A stretch of 62,991 nt of DNA, counting the filler, from Lenisia limosa (taxonomy: Eukaryota > Protista > Breviatea): the NCBI GenBank assembly GCA_001655205.1. It is 9 parts of 9 records of this genome, joined end to end, with 100 filler letters (N's around TTAATTAATTAA, not from the genome) between each part and the next. Parts side by side here need not be neighbours in the genome. Positions count along the whole stretch, not along the records: positions 61,472 to 62,991 come from LPNZ01004134.1; 8 more parts are not named here. The stretch is one strand, 5' to 3'. The notes beneath the pieces were generated by a model, which did no database searches, was not told the origin of the DNA, and saw nothing but the letters and a program-made list of their open reading frames with translations. Every line of letters starts with the position of its first letter. Within the stretch, counting starts at the first letter, position 1. Below, in pieces: positions 61,472 to 62,991 of the stretch. A program made the position numbers and the translations under genes.

Positions 61472-62920
61472 CCACTTCAGTGAGAGTGTTGTTAGTTACT
61501 TGGGCTTCTCGCAGCTGTTTTGAAAGCTCCGAAACTTTGTCGGATAACGTATTGCTCATATCCTGGAAGGGGGTGTAAGTGGCCGGGGATTACGATGTAC
61601 TTTAGGTATGCTGGGGAGTTGGGTTTTACTTCGGTTCGAAAAGGACCGTTAAAAGAGATCAGTAAACTATCGAAACACTTCTGGGATCTATCCAGTAATG
61701 CAGTCCTTTTCTGGATTGGATGGAATCCCTAAATACGGAGGGCTTCTCTTTGGCCCCCAAAAAAGAGGGAATTTCTCGATAAATCCTCGATAAATATCGA
61801 TATTTTACCGATCTTTATCGGACAGTAGCGAAGCCCTAATTATACGTGTCTTGTATCAGTACTCTAAGAGGTGTAGTGACCGGGATAAGTCTTGAACGGT
61901 TTGCCTTTATAACTCAATAGCAAATTGCTCAAGACTTTTCCTACCCCCCCCCCCCCCNNNNNNNNNNAACTAGCTATGTATTATATATGCATATGGTATT
62001 TTTGAAAGAGAAATAATATTCCATTAGAAATCTAGGGAAACAAATAAATACATAGGTATAATACGTACGTCTAATATTGTGCAAGAGAAGATTATTACTG
62101 CCCCCATATCGTATTACCACCACCATATCGTAATACCGCCCCCATATCGTATTATAGATTAATATACTATATCTTCACTTGATGTGATAAGTCCTGACAC
62201 GAATATTGAGCGTTATGTGTAGTCAATCGTATCAGGACTTATCACAGTCAGTGTAAACATGATACACGTAAAAGGAACATGTACACACCTGAGGCGCTTC
62301 GAAATTCAGTGTTACCTCTTCCGCATTTAGCACCAAGGCTGGATGGTAAATTACTTGGAAACCGTTGGGTAAGAGTGATGAGTAACATGTTATTTGCAAT
62401 CAAGTCTCTATTGAAACTAGGATCATAAAGACCAATTACCCCAATTACCCCTTTTTATAAGAGTAATTATATATAAAAAAATAACAGGGTTGCTCCTTGT
62501 CTATTAATTTGAAAACACAGTTATATCCCCTCCCACCAATCTCCGGATTACTCAAAACAGAGGGCATCGCGACAGGAGGTTTCGTCATATAGCTTACGAG
62601 GGCCTNNNNNNNNNNCCTAAAACGGACCTCGAATTTGCTGTCCGCTTCCTTAATAATCTGTTCCACCCGTGCTTCAGCCTGAGGGGGGAGGGGTAAAATT
62701 GGAAAATTTATGAAACAAAACAAAAATCCCAAATCAACTCTTCTAGGGTTGAGAAAATATTTAAGATACTAATGCAATTTATGTGAGATTCACTAAATAT
62801 GCCTCCCAACCACCATAGCCGTAAGTACCTCCCCACCTCCATAGCCGTCAATTTAGCATCTTCAAGGTCCGCTGCCGCTCTCCTTCTATCCTCTTCAGCA
62901 ATCCGAGCTGAGTCCTGGGG
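61472..62920 (-). CDS. Fragment of a coiled-coil protein, unknown function
   Basis: Exons DSARIAEEDRRRAAADLEDAKLTAME, AEARVEQIIKEADSKFE, QDMSNTLSDKVSELSKQLREAQ with AG/GT boundaries. Confidence 0.55.
61738..61838. mobile_element. MITE family 1 (subtype B), flanks taaatacg/attatacg
   Basis: GAGGGCTTCTCTTTGG...TTCTCGATAAATCCTCGATAAATATCGATATTTTAC...GCGAAGCCCTA. Confidence 0.8.
62176..62253. mobile_element. Small inverted-repeat element related to MITE family 2
   Basis: CACTTGATGTGATAAGTCCTGACACGA...TCGTATCAGGACTTATCACAGTCAGTG; shares the GATAAGTC-TGA core. Confidence 0.7.
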
Positions 62921-62991
62921 AGGATGAAAATTAAAAAATTATCAAAAATAATAAAAAAGAGAAGCCTCCCGCTCCCCCCACCCCCACCCAA

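Noticed and set aside
1-62991. Alternative genetic code, autonomous transposase, viral or Polinton genes, rRNA/tRNA genes
   Set aside because: TAA and TAG end confident genes and TGA ends tentative ones, with no in-frame stops in conserved exons. No long intronless ORF with transposase, integrase, polymerase or capsid motifs was seen, and no rRNA or cloverleaf was recognised by eye.

Overview
This is eukaryotic draft-assembly DNA, not a single locus. Eight identical 100-nt spacers (N-run + TTAATTAATTAA, stops in all six frames, + N-run) join nine unrelated scaffolds: 1-7421, 7522-18501, 18602-22055, 22156-27000, 27101-29232, 29333-46576, 46677-60244, 60345-61371 and 61472-62991. The source appears to be an intron-dense, flagellated protist using the standard code (CFAP206 and a SPEF2-like fragment; GT-AG introns down to about 28 nt). 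Genes recognised by manual splicing: Ubc7/UBE2G-type E2, formin (FH2+DAD), DnaJ/X-domain protein, Det1-like histidine phosphatase, SLC38/AAAP amino-acid transporter, ABCA NBD, a prokaryotic-type ferritin with introns, a TM-SH3 protein, an AlkD-like DNA glycosylase with introns, a large EF-hand/coiled-coil gene, a secreted LamG-like protein, a GUP1-like MBOAT, a secreted ependymin-like protein, a probable permuted NlpC/P60 amidase, CFAP206, a DH-PH RhoGEF and SPEF2. The most notable non-coding signal is at least four families of small dispersed repeats. The largest is a ~80-100 bp hAT-like MITE with 8-bp target-site duplications and about 14 copies, sitting almost only inside otherwise tiny introns. 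All family assignments come from motif recognition by eye; no database search was run.
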